This document shows, in pieces, positions 52,933 to 61,471 of a stretch of 64,000 nucleotides of DNA. The stretch spans positions 64,001 to 128,000 of the forward strand of contig CAVWHX010000004.1 in assembly GCA_963754925.1 (NCBI GenBank). Direction: 5' to 3'. The stretch comes from an uncultured delta proteobacterium. Lineage in GTDB: Bacteria; Myxococcota; B64-G9. The notes beneath the pieces were generated by a model. That model did no database searches. It saw nothing but the letters and a program-made list of their open reading frames with translations, and was not told the origin of the DNA. How positions within the stretch are numbered: position 1 is the first letter of the stretch; every line of letters begins with the position of its first letter. A program made the translations under genes and the position numbers.

Positions 52933-53790
52933 CTACTTCGTCTCGCCCAGTTTGGCCTGCAATGCGGCAAATTCCTCATCGGCAATAGTAAAGCTGTGCA
53001 GAGCATCGGGAAAGGCGCGGCTGCGGACTTCCTGGCAGTAGCGTTCCAAGCCAGCGCGCGCCTGGTCGCCGAGCTCCGCAAAACGCTTCACGTGCTTGGG
53101 TTTGAAACCGTCGTCGAGGCCGAGCATATCGTGAAACACCAAGACCTGGCCATCGCAGCCGGCCCCGGCGCCAATGCCGATGACCGGAATGCGCAGACGC
53201 TTACTGATGATGCTCGCCAGCCGATCCGGCACGCATTCAAGCACCAGCATGGTGCAGCCTGCCTGCTCAAGACGTTCGGCATTCCCGATGATGGCGCAGG
53301 CTTGGTCAGAGGTACGGCCTTGCGCGCGATAACCACCCAAAAAATGCGCGGTCTGCGGCGTCAGTCCGAGATGTCCGACGACTGGAATGCCGGCGCGCAC
53401 CATGGCCGCGGCGGTGTCGGCGACCCAATCGCCGCCCTCGATTTTCACCGCTTGCGCCGACCCCTCCTTCATGAAGCGTCCGGCATTGGTCACCGCGCTT
53501 TCAGGTGAAACGTTATACGACATAAACGGCATATCGACTATCAGGAATGCGCGCTTGACGGCACGCGCGACCGCTTTCAGATGATGAAGCATTTCGTCCA
53601 TCGTTACGGGCAACGTATCGGGATAGCCGAGCACCACATTGCTGAGGCTATCGCCCACCAGGATCGTGTCGACACCCGCACCGTCGACTAATCGTGCGGT
53701 CGGGAAGTCGTAGGCGGTAACCATCGCGATGGGCTGGCGATCCGCCTTCATCTTGTGCAAGGCGGCAATATCAACTTTCTGGTTTTCCAT
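52933..53790 (-). CDS. panB: 3-methyl-2-oxobutanoate hydroxymethyltransferase
   Basis: TAYD, ILVGDSL, DMPFMSY, VKIEG, GHLGLTPQ, IGIGAG, DGQVLV. Confidence 0.97.
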   Translation of the reverse strand: MENQKVDIAALHKMKADRQPIAMVTAYDFPTARLVDGAGVDTILVGDSLSNVVLGYPDTLPVTMDEMLHHLKAVARAVKRAFLIVDMPFMSYNVSPESAVTNAGRFMKEGSAQAVKIEGGDWVADTAAAMVRAGIPVVGHLGLTPQTAHFLGGYRAQGRTSDQACAIIGNAERLEQAGCTMLVLECVPDRLASIISKRLRIPVIGIGAGAGCDGQVLVFHDMLGLDDGFKPKHVKRFAELGDQARAGLERYCQEVRSRAFPDALHSFTIADEEFAALQAKLGETK

Positions 53791-53901
53791 GGCGGTATCC
53801 TTTCTGGTCCACCGCTGGTTAGGCTGGCGGCCGTTGGTTTAGAATACGGTTTACTCCAAGCTTACGGAATGTCAACAACCGGTTGGGTTAATCAAAAACG
53901 C

Positions 53902-54633
53902 TTAATCCATATCGGGGGGGAGATACTTGGCAACCACCGTCTGAAGACAACAAGGCGCCGGGAGATCCTTATAGATCCGACGCATTGATCGGAGATCGGA
54001 TTCCCACACGACATCGCCGGGCGCGAGCACGCAGATGCTTCCCGGCAGGTATTTTGTAAACAGCCTCCCATCTTTATAATAGTAATGCCCTTCGTTTATA
54101 CGGGCCGGAAATGCCCGCATGAAGGGGGGGATATCGGACGGCTTAAACCACAGTTTGATCTCGCGTTCGGCGTCATCGCGCGTTGCCGAGGCATGGATGA
54201 GGTTGTCCATCCGTTCTCCGATTACCGTTCCCTTGGCATCCATGAGCGGCACCACGGTCCCCAGCGATCGGATGCATCCCGGTTTCTGCTGTCGCGCGTC
54301 GTGGGGGTTCGTGGGCCCCGCAATCTCTCGCACCTTCGGCACGGCATTCGGACCTTGATACACGATGGCTATCACCCGCTGCTTGTGGGGCTCATCGGGA
54401 TAGTGAATGCGTCCCTTGATGTATTCAATGAGCGAGGGGTAGAACAACTTTCCCCGATGCTCCGCATAATGTTCCTCCGCCAGCATGGTGCTGACGCTGA
54501 CAACCCGCGTGCCGGCAAAGCGCAAACCGCTATGGAATTCGGAAAGCACTGAAAGCACGTATCCGGTAAGCGAATTCTTAAGAGCATCCGGTTTGATGAG
54601 TACGAGTGTCTGCTCGAGTTCTTTCTTTCCCAT
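53902..54633 (-). CDS. ndk: Nucleoside diphosphate kinase with insertions and C-terminal extension
   Basis: TLVLIKPD, HYAEH, GPTNP, GCIR, NLIHAS, EREIKLWF. Confidence 0.85.
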   Translation of the reverse strand: MGKKELEQTLVLIKPDALKNSLTGYVLSVLSEFHSGLRFAGTRVVSVSTMLAEEHYAEHRGKLFYPSLIEYIKGRIHYPDEPHKQRVIAIVYQGPNAVPKVREIAGPTNPHDARQQKPGCIRSLGTVVPLMDAKGTVIGERMDNLIHASATRDDAEREIKLWFKPSDIPPFMRAFPARINEGHYYYKDGRLFTKYLPGSICVLAPGDVVWESDLRSMRRIYKDLPAPCCLQTVVAKYLPPDMD

Positions 54634-54653
54634 AGGAGTGTCCTTTTGTACGG

Positions 54654-55622
54654 TTATTTCAGCAAATTTAGTTTTACGTCCATCTGATCTAACAACATCG
54701 CTTTTCCGGCGCCATCCTCGCCCTCCATCCGGCGCTCCACGGCGTGGATCAGTTCGGTGAGGGCTTGGTTGCAGGGCGCGTTCCCCAGGCGCGCAATGGC
54801 GCCGTTGATGTAATCGATCTCGGTCAGCCGCCCGGCGGCCAGGTCTACGAACATGCTCGATCGGTTGGCGGCTGTTTGCGCGGCGACCTCCTTCACCCGA
54901 GCGAGAACGTCTGCAGGTTCAAATATCAAGCCCCGACTGCGCGCAACCGCAACGCCTTCCCCAACAACCGCCTGTATGAGCCGCTGGGCGTTGCCGTGCT
55001 GGAGCAATTCACCGTTACGCAGCGCCAGGAGGGCGCCGAGCGGGTTAATCGCCGCATTGACCAAGAGCTTGAGCCAAATATCCCACTGGATATTTTGGCT
55101 GACCACCACCGCCACGCCTGCAACGGTAAACTCGTGGGCGATACGTTCGACCCTATCGGAGGTGCCGGACGGCCACTCGCCGACGACGCTGTGTCCCTCG
55201 CCGGTATGCTTCACCGTGCCCGGGCCAATCAGCTCGCAACCCATGGTCGTACCGCCGCCAAGCACCCTCCGCGCGCCGAGCATCTCGGTCAGCGTCTCGG
55301 CGATACCGAATCCATTCTGCAACGACCAAACCGGAATCGGCCGATCAAACAAAGCGCGGTGCATCTCCAGTGCGCGCTGGGTCTGGGTGGCCTTGACGCA
55401 TACGAGAATGAGCTCGACTTCGGAGACCTCCGCCGTCACGGCGACGACCTTGACGCGCACCTGGTGGCGTCCGCGCACGCCGTTCACGGTGATGCCGTCG
55501 ATGGCGAGACGACGAGCTCGCTCGGCACGATGATCGAGCAGGGTCACCTCGTGGCCCGCTTCACCCAAATAGGCCGCGTACAGGCAACCAACGGCTCCTG
55601 GCCCGATAATCGCTATTCTCAT
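54654..55622 (-). CDS. panE: 2-dehydropantoate 2-reductase
   Basis: GPGAVG, SLQNG, WLKLLVNAAINP, SSM..D...GRLTEIDYING. Confidence 0.9.
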   Translation of the reverse strand: MRIAIIGPGAVGCLYAAYLGEAGHEVTLLDHRAERARRLAIDGITVNGVRGRHQVRVKVVAVTAEVSEVELILVCVKATQTQRALEMHRALFDRPIPVWSLQNGFGIAETLTEMLGARRVLGGGTTMGCELIGPGTVKHTGEGHSVVGEWPSGTSDRVERIAHEFTVAGVAVVVSQNIQWDIWLKLLVNAAINPLGALLALRNGELLQHGNAQRLIQAVVGEGVAVARSRGLIFEPADVLARVKEVAAQTAANRSSMFVDLAAGRLTEIDYINGAIARLGNAPCNQALTELIHAVERRMEGEDGAGKAMLLDQMDVKLNLLK

Positions 55623-55742
55623 GTTTTCATAAACCTCATTGCCAGACTACCGATTTCGCCGGAAACCTTTTTGGGTTTGGGACGTTTTACGAGTATAATG
55701 TTTGTGACGATGCGGTAAAGCGATTTCTTTCAAGGATTATTC

Positions 55743-57161
55743 ATGAAGACGAGGCTGATCTCCATTTTAGTGCCGGTCTACAATGAACAGCTTTATCTCC
55801 GCCGCGTTATCAAGCGTGTGCTTGACGTCCCGCTCCCCGATGGTTTTAAGCGCGAGATTATCATCGTTGACGACGGTTCAACCGATGGTTCTAGCCGACT
55901 CGCCGATGCGATTGCCCGTGAATATCCAGCGGTAGTGCGATCCTTTCATCAAGATCGAAACCGCGGCAAGGGCGCGGCGATCCGCCGGGCGATACAGGAA
56001 ATGCGCGGCGAGCTGGTTATCTTTCAAGATGCCGATCTTGAATATGATCCCGCCGACTATACCCGTTTGCTTGAACCGTTGATTTCCGGGCACGCCGACG
56101 CGGTCTATGGCTCACGGTTTGCGAGCACTACCTGCAGGCGGGTGCTCAACTACCACCATGCATTGGGCAATTCACTGATAACGATCCTTTCGAACGCTAG
56201 CACCGGGTTCAACCTAACCGACATTGAAACCGGCTACAAGGCTTTTCGAGCCGATGTGCTCCGAACGATTCCGATCCGATCGGAACGCTTCGGGATCGAG
56301 CCGGAGCTGACCGCGAAAATTGCCAAACGACACTGCGTCGTATACGAAGTGCCCATTAGTTATCATGGCCGCACGTATGCCGAGGGTAAAAAGATCACCT
56401 GGCGGGATGGGTTGCAGGCCTTGGGGACCATTACCCGGTATGCGCTGGTTGACGATTGCTGGAACGAACGCTACGGGCACCAGGTTCTGGATTCGCTTTC
56501 GAACGCCCGTCATCTCACCGAATGGTCGGTCAAAACCATTGAACCCTTCCTCGGCCAGCGCATCATTGAAATTGGCTCCGGCACCGCCAATATCTCCCGA
56601 CAGCTACCGCGCCGCGAACACCTGACCGTAAGCGATTGCGACGAAGAATACCTGCGCTTGCTGAAGCTGGCGTTCCATGATCAGGACCACGTGTCGGTGC
56701 GCAAGCTCGACCTGAATTGCGCAAAGGATTTCGAGGCGGTGGCGCATCGCTACGACACCGTTTTGTGCCTCAACGTGCTCGAGCACATTCAGGATGATCA
56801 CAGGGCGCTCAAGCGTATGGCGTCGCTGCTGGAGCCCGACGGACGGCTGGTGCTCCAAGTGCCGCAGCACCCGGGTCTCTTTGGCGAGATGGATCGGGCG
56901 CTCGGCCACCTTCGCCGCTACCACCCGCAGGATCTGCGCGATAAGCTCACTGCCGCTGGATTCGAGGTGGAGCACGTGAGCAACTTCAACGCCGTCGGCA
57001 TCCTCGGCTGGTACCTCAATGTACGCCTGCTTGGCCGAACACAAATGAGCAAGCTGCAACTCAAGCTCTTCAACTCGCTGGTGCCCATCCTGCGCCGGAT
57101 TGAAGCCAATCTCTCACTCCCCGGGTTGGCGCTGATCGCCGTCGCCCGCGTGCCGCGTTGA
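55743..57161 (+). CDS. GT2 (DPM-synthase-like) glycosyltransferase fused to a class I SAM methyltransferase
   Basis: PVYNE, VDDGSTD, QDADLEYDP; IEIGSGT, LNVLEH. Confidence 0.85.
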   Translation: MKTRLISILVPVYNEQLYLRRVIKRVLDVPLPDGFKREIIIVDDGSTDGSSRLADAIAREYPAVVRSFHQDRNRGKGAAIRRAIQEMRGELVIFQDADLEYDPADYTRLLEPLISGHADAVYGSRFASTTCRRVLNYHHALGNSLITILSNASTGFNLTDIETGYKAFRADVLRTIPIRSERFGIEPELTAKIAKRHCVVYEVPISYHGRTYAEGKKITWRDGLQALGTITRYALVDDCWNERYGHQVLDSLSNARHLTEWSVKTIEPFLGQRIIEIGSGTANISRQLPRREHLTVSDCDEEYLRLLKLAFHDQDHVSVRKLDLNCAKDFEAVAHRYDTVLCLNVLEHIQDDHRALKRMASLLEPDGRLVLQVPQHPGLFGEMDRALGHLRRYHPQDLRDKLTAAGFEVEHVSNFNAVGILGWYLNVRLLGRTQMSKLQLKLFNSLVPILRRIEANLSLPGLALIAVARVPR

Positions 57162-57225
57162 AAACTGACGTCGTTGCATAACGCGATTGTTGCAGCGCCC
57201 TGGGGGATGATGGTATGCAAGCCGC

Positions 57226-58117
57226 ATGAGTCGGCTACGTACAGCGCTTGAACATGGTGAGTTTGTCGTTACCGCGGAAACGGCTCCCCCCAAGGGGACC
57301 GACGTGGCACCCTTGCTTGCACGAGCTAAGCTGTTGGCGAAGTACACCCATGCGGTCAATATTACCGAGATGCAAAACGCCCGTATGCGCCTGGGTTCGA
57401 TACCGGCATGTCATCTCTTGGTCGAGGCCGGCATTGAAGCCATCGCCCATATCGCCTGCCGAGACCGCAATCGGCTCGCGCTGCAATCTGACACGCTATC
57501 GGTGTGGGTATTTGGGATCAAGAACGTTCTCTGCATAACCGGCGACCACACCCGCTTGGGAGATCATCCCGAGTCAAAGCCGGTGTTTGATCTCGATTCG
57601 GTCCAATTGATCCAGACCGTGGCCACCCTCAACAGCGGGTATGACCTGGCCGGAAACCAATTGGAGGGCCACCCTGATCTTTTTATCGGGGCAGTGGTCA
57701 ATCCGACGGCCGAGGCCCGCGACCTGCAGGCTTTGAAAATGCGCAAGAAGATTGCGGCCGGGGCCCGTTTTTTTCAGTCCCAGGCGATTTTTGAGCCGCA
57801 GCGACTCGCCGAGTTTTTGGCGTTGGTTCAGGGCGTGCCGTTTTACTTGATCGCCGGGGTGGTTTTTCCCAAGTCGGCCGCCACCTGCCGTTATATGAAC
57901 GAGCACGTGCCCGGGGTGCACGTGCCTGAATGGATCATTCAAGAGCTTGACGGGCTTGACAAGGCGGCTCGTCAGCAGAAATCGATTGAGATCTGCGCCG
58001 GCATCATCCGAGAAGCTTAAGGGTCTGTGCCACGGCGTACACGTCATGACATTGGGGCGCGAAGATCTGCTGCCGGAGATCCTCGCCAACGCCGGCATAC
58101 GGCCAATCAGCGGCTAG
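57226..58117 (+). CDS. metF: Methylenetetrahydrofolate reductase (frameshift near 58015)
   Basis: ETAPPKG, CRDRNRLALQS, TGD, KIAAGARFFQSQ; continuation LKGLCHGVHVMTLG...* ends at 58117. Confidence 0.88.
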
Positions 58118-58164
58118 CAGAGAGCGAACAACCGAGGAGCGGATGGGGAGGGAGATCCTACAGC

Positions 58165-59931
58165 GTGGCGGAATCACAAGCAACCGACGCCAACGGAAAT
58201 AGTAGTCCGCGGCGCGAGGCTCTCGTCGTTGCCGCAATCTGCGTGGTTGGGTTGAGCCTCCGATTGTTGGTGCTCTCGACCTGGGCGGCTACCCCGCTCT
58301 TTACCTCTCCGACAGGAGATGAGCTAAATTTCCATCGGACAGCGCTCGGGCTTATCGGTCAAGGTCCTCCGGTAGACGCCTTTCTGTATCAGCCGCTGTA
58401 CTCGTTCTACTTGGCGGGGCTGTATCTTTTGTTCGGCGTGGATCTGGCTATGGTAAGGACCGTGCAGCTGCTGCTCGGCCTCGGTACCGTGTTGCTGTGT
58501 TATGGACTTGGGCGCGAGCTCGGCGGGCGCGCCGCCGGAATCTGGGCGGCCGTGCTGTCCGCCTGCTACGGCCCGCTGATTTTCTTTGAAAGTCAGCTGC
58601 TCGCCCCGGCAATCAAGGTGCCGCTGTGCATCGCCTCCTTCTGGCTGCTGCTGCGGGCCGGTAAGCGAGACCGCCCGTGGCTGCTGCTGCCGTCCGGCCT
58701 GCTGTTCGGCCTGACCATGATGGCCCGCCCAAACTTAGGAGTCTGTTTACCCGTAGCAGGGCTCTGGCTCTGGACCCAATCCGGCGCTTTCATACGGCGT
58801 CTGACTGGCCTTTCGCTCGCATTGCTTGGGTTGGGGATCGGACTTTCACCATCCTGGATCCATAACCTTTCCCAAGGCGAGGCGGCAACCCCGGTTTCGT
58901 CCGCGGGTGGCATCAGTTTTTACATCGGCAACAATCCCCAAGCGACCGGCGCCTATCATGTGCCTCCGGGAGAGCATATCGACGCCACCAGCCACGAGGC
59001 TTACCGGATGAGCCTCCAAAAATTGGCTGAGTCGGATGCGGGACGATCGCTTTCTCCCTCCGAGGTCTCGGGCTACTGGTATAAACGCGGATTTCAATTC
59101 TGGCGCAAAGAACCCGGACTAGCGCTGGCCTTGCTGGGAGAGAAATTGTTGCTCGCCGTCAACGCCGAGGAAATGCCGATTCATTACTCATACCACTTCG
59201 GCCGAGAGATTATCCCCCTCCTCGGCTACCTGCCTACCTTTGCGGTGGTTTTTCCATTTGCGGCCATGGGGGTGGCGATGGGCCGGCGGCGCCAGCGTGG
59301 GGTGGGATTGCTTATTGGCTGCGCCGGGGTTTATGCCTTGACGCTCATCGTCTATTATGTTTCCGACCGTTACCGCTTGATGCTGCTCCCGATGCTGTGG
59401 CCGTTGGCCGGCCTGGGTGCAGCTCAGCTTACCACGCTGGTCAGCGAAGGAAGTTGGCGGCGGATTGCTCGGGTTCTTTTGGTGTTCGGGATAGCGTTCG
59501 CAGCGACACAGGTGCCGCTGGTCACCGAATCAATGCGCCTCCAAGGAATCGTCAGTGGTTACAACCTCATGGGCAAGGCCGAGGGCGAGCTCGGTCGCCT
59601 CGACCAAGCCGAGGCTTATTTTCAAAAAGCCATCCAGTTGGCCGGCCCTCACCACGGAATCCTCATCCGCATAAATTTAGGCATCGTGTTTGAAAAACGA
59701 GGTGATTTTGGCGGTGCGCGCATGCACTACCGCGAAGTAGTCGAGATTGCTCCCGAAAATGCTTTTGCGTTGGGCCGATTGGCCAATTTGGCAGAACAAC
59801 AAGGCGACTATGAAGAAGCCCTGCACTGGTGGGAAAAACTCAGCGTCGTGCTTGATGATCCCGCCCCCGCCCGCGCCGCTATCTCGCGACTCAAGTCGCG
59901 ACTGCGGGCGTCTCTGCCTGCGGACAAATAG
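58165..59931 (+). CDS. ArnT/PMT-type membrane glycosyltransferase with C-terminal TPRs
   Basis: GDE, YQPLY, RPN, GISFYIGNNP, DRYR, TPR helices; start uncertain. Confidence 0.75.
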   Translation: MAESQATDANGNSSPRREALVVAAICVVGLSLRLLVLSTWAATPLFTSPTGDELNFHRTALGLIGQGPPVDAFLYQPLYSFYLAGLYLLFGVDLAMVRTVQLLLGLGTVLLCYGLGRELGGRAAGIWAAVLSACYGPLIFFESQLLAPAIKVPLCIASFWLLLRAGKRDRPWLLLPSGLLFGLTMMARPNLGVCLPVAGLWLWTQSGAFIRRLTGLSLALLGLGIGLSPSWIHNLSQGEAATPVSSAGGISFYIGNNPQATGAYHVPPGEHIDATSHEAYRMSLQKLAESDAGRSLSPSEVSGYWYKRGFQFWRKEPGLALALLGEKLLLAVNAEEMPIHYSYHFGREIIPLLGYLPTFAVVFPFAAMGVAMGRRRQRGVGLLIGCAGVYALTLIVYYVSDRYRLMLLPMLWPLAGLGAAQLTTLVSEGSWRRIARVLLVFGIAFAATQVPLVTESMRLQGIVSGYNLMGKAEGELGRLDQAEAYFQKAIQLAGPHHGILIRINLGIVFEKRGDFGGARMHYREVVEIAPENAFALGRLANLAEQQGDYEEALHWWEKLSVVLDDPAPARAAISRLKSRLRASLPADK

Positions 59932-59958
59932 CCATACCTAATCACGCCGCCCAACACC

Positions 59959-61416
59959 CTACCAGTCGGCGATCGTCCGCTTAAGTTCTCCGACGCAATC
60001 TTTGCCGCCATAAAAGATGCCCGCGAGCGGCATGACTTTCTGGGCTTGCACAACCATTTCCGACGCGAGGTCGCGGATGTCCCATTGGGCCTCGTGGTCG
60101 CACCGCAGCCGACTCAGATGCCCAAGGTCGCGGGCATTGAGGCGCATGAGTACTCGCCGACGGTGGGTGTTGGTCAGCACATACGGAGCAACTTCCGGCG
60201 CCTGTTCGCGGAGCTCACGATACATCTTTTCTACGTTATCAAGTTTTGCATGAAAGAGCTCAGCCAAACCGGCACGTGTAATTGCTTCGGGCACCGTCCG
60301 GCCGAGGTCCGGGTCGTAATCTTGGGTCAGCAGGGTGGCCATACGATGTCGCTTGAGTTGCGCGAAGGCGGTCGCGCTCACGATCAATTCGAACGTAAAA
60401 CTGACCGTCTCGAATGCCCGCGGCAGCGCATCCCACAGCTCCATGGACTTATAGACGATTCCGAAGATGTACCGCAGGTCTTCCTGACCCTGCGCTCGTA
60501 AGTGTTCCCGACATTCGGCAAGGGAACGCTGCATGTACGGATACAGCAGCGCCGACGCAATCGTACTATCTGGATCCGGCGTGTGGTCTTGCAAGACCAC
60601 CTGCCTATCCTCCCCCGCCGCGGATTGCCCGGAAATAATATCCTTGGCGTGAGATTTCAGCAATCCAGGTGTGTCTCTAAAATAATTAGTGGGTCCAGTA
60701 TAGCGAATGAGCGACGGAGCCACGGCAAATGTCACCTCCCGAAGCTTTTGTCCCAGATCTCGCGCCTCGGCAAGCTGGTGCGACTTTAATCGTGCGATCA
60801 TCAGCTCGAGCGTCCGGGCGTTCACTGTCATGCCGAGCTGCGTTTCGGTGCAGAGCGGCAGTAGATACCGGGCGTCCTCATGGGCCCGGCTTTCGATGTC
60901 GCGACGCTTAGCGTGGGCCGGTGCCTCGACGCGCGCTTGGTCGGTGAGCTTATCCGCCATAGTCTGATACGCGGAGGCGAGTTCGGTGACCAGGTCTCGG
61001 AATTTTTGTTCGAGGTCCATTTCTTTAATTTCAGCCGGTACGACGATGTCTCCCTGCAGGCGCACATAGCGCTGCGATTTCTCGGTATAGGACGCGAGGC
61101 GGTGATGCTCCAGCGCTTCCACCGCCAACCGGGAAACACCGGATATATCCAGATTGAAAACCGCGTGTTCGGAAACTGAGGCGTGGCCCATATCAAAAAT
61201 GATGGCGCGGTTCGAGGCACGGGCCCGCTCGACTTCGCGGCAGGCGAGCGAGCGCAACTCGGAGACATGCCGGGGGTCGCGGCTAATCCGGGCGTAGGCC
61301 GCTGAAATAGTCTCCGGCGAAAGCGCCCCCCCGTCCGCTTCGCTGGCTCCCGTAAGCCGCTTATCGAGCACCTGAACATCAACGTTATACCCACCCAGGG
61401 TAACGGAAAGCGGCAT
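59959..61416 (-). CDS. thyX: FAD-dependent thymidylate synthase, tandem-domain form
   Basis: GHASVSEHA, HHRLASYTEKSQRY, ARYLLP; second half LKRHR...N.RDL.H...LR...AQWDIR. Confidence 0.88.
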   Translation of the reverse strand: MPLSVTLGGYNVDVQVLDKRLTGASEADGGALSPETISAAYARISRDPRHVSELRSLACREVERARASNRAIIFDMGHASVSEHAVFNLDISGVSRLAVEALEHHRLASYTEKSQRYVRLQGDIVVPAEIKEMDLEQKFRDLVTELASAYQTMADKLTDQARVEAPAHAKRRDIESRAHEDARYLLPLCTETQLGMTVNARTLELMIARLKSHQLAEARDLGQKLREVTFAVAPSLIRYTGPTNYFRDTPGLLKSHAKDIISGQSAAGEDRQVVLQDHTPDPDSTIASALLYPYMQRSLAECREHLRAQGQEDLRYIFGIVYKSMELWDALPRAFETVSFTFELIVSATAFAQLKRHRMATLLTQDYDPDLGRTVPEAITRAGLAELFHAKLDNVEKMYRELREQAPEVAPYVLTNTHRRRVLMRLNARDLGHLSRLRCDHEAQWDIRDLASEMVVQAQKVMPLAGIFYGGKDCVGELKRTIADW

Positions 61417-61471
61417 GGTAAATCCTCAGCCTCGGTACTCCTCCAACCCATAGCAGGTCAGAACTATTTAA

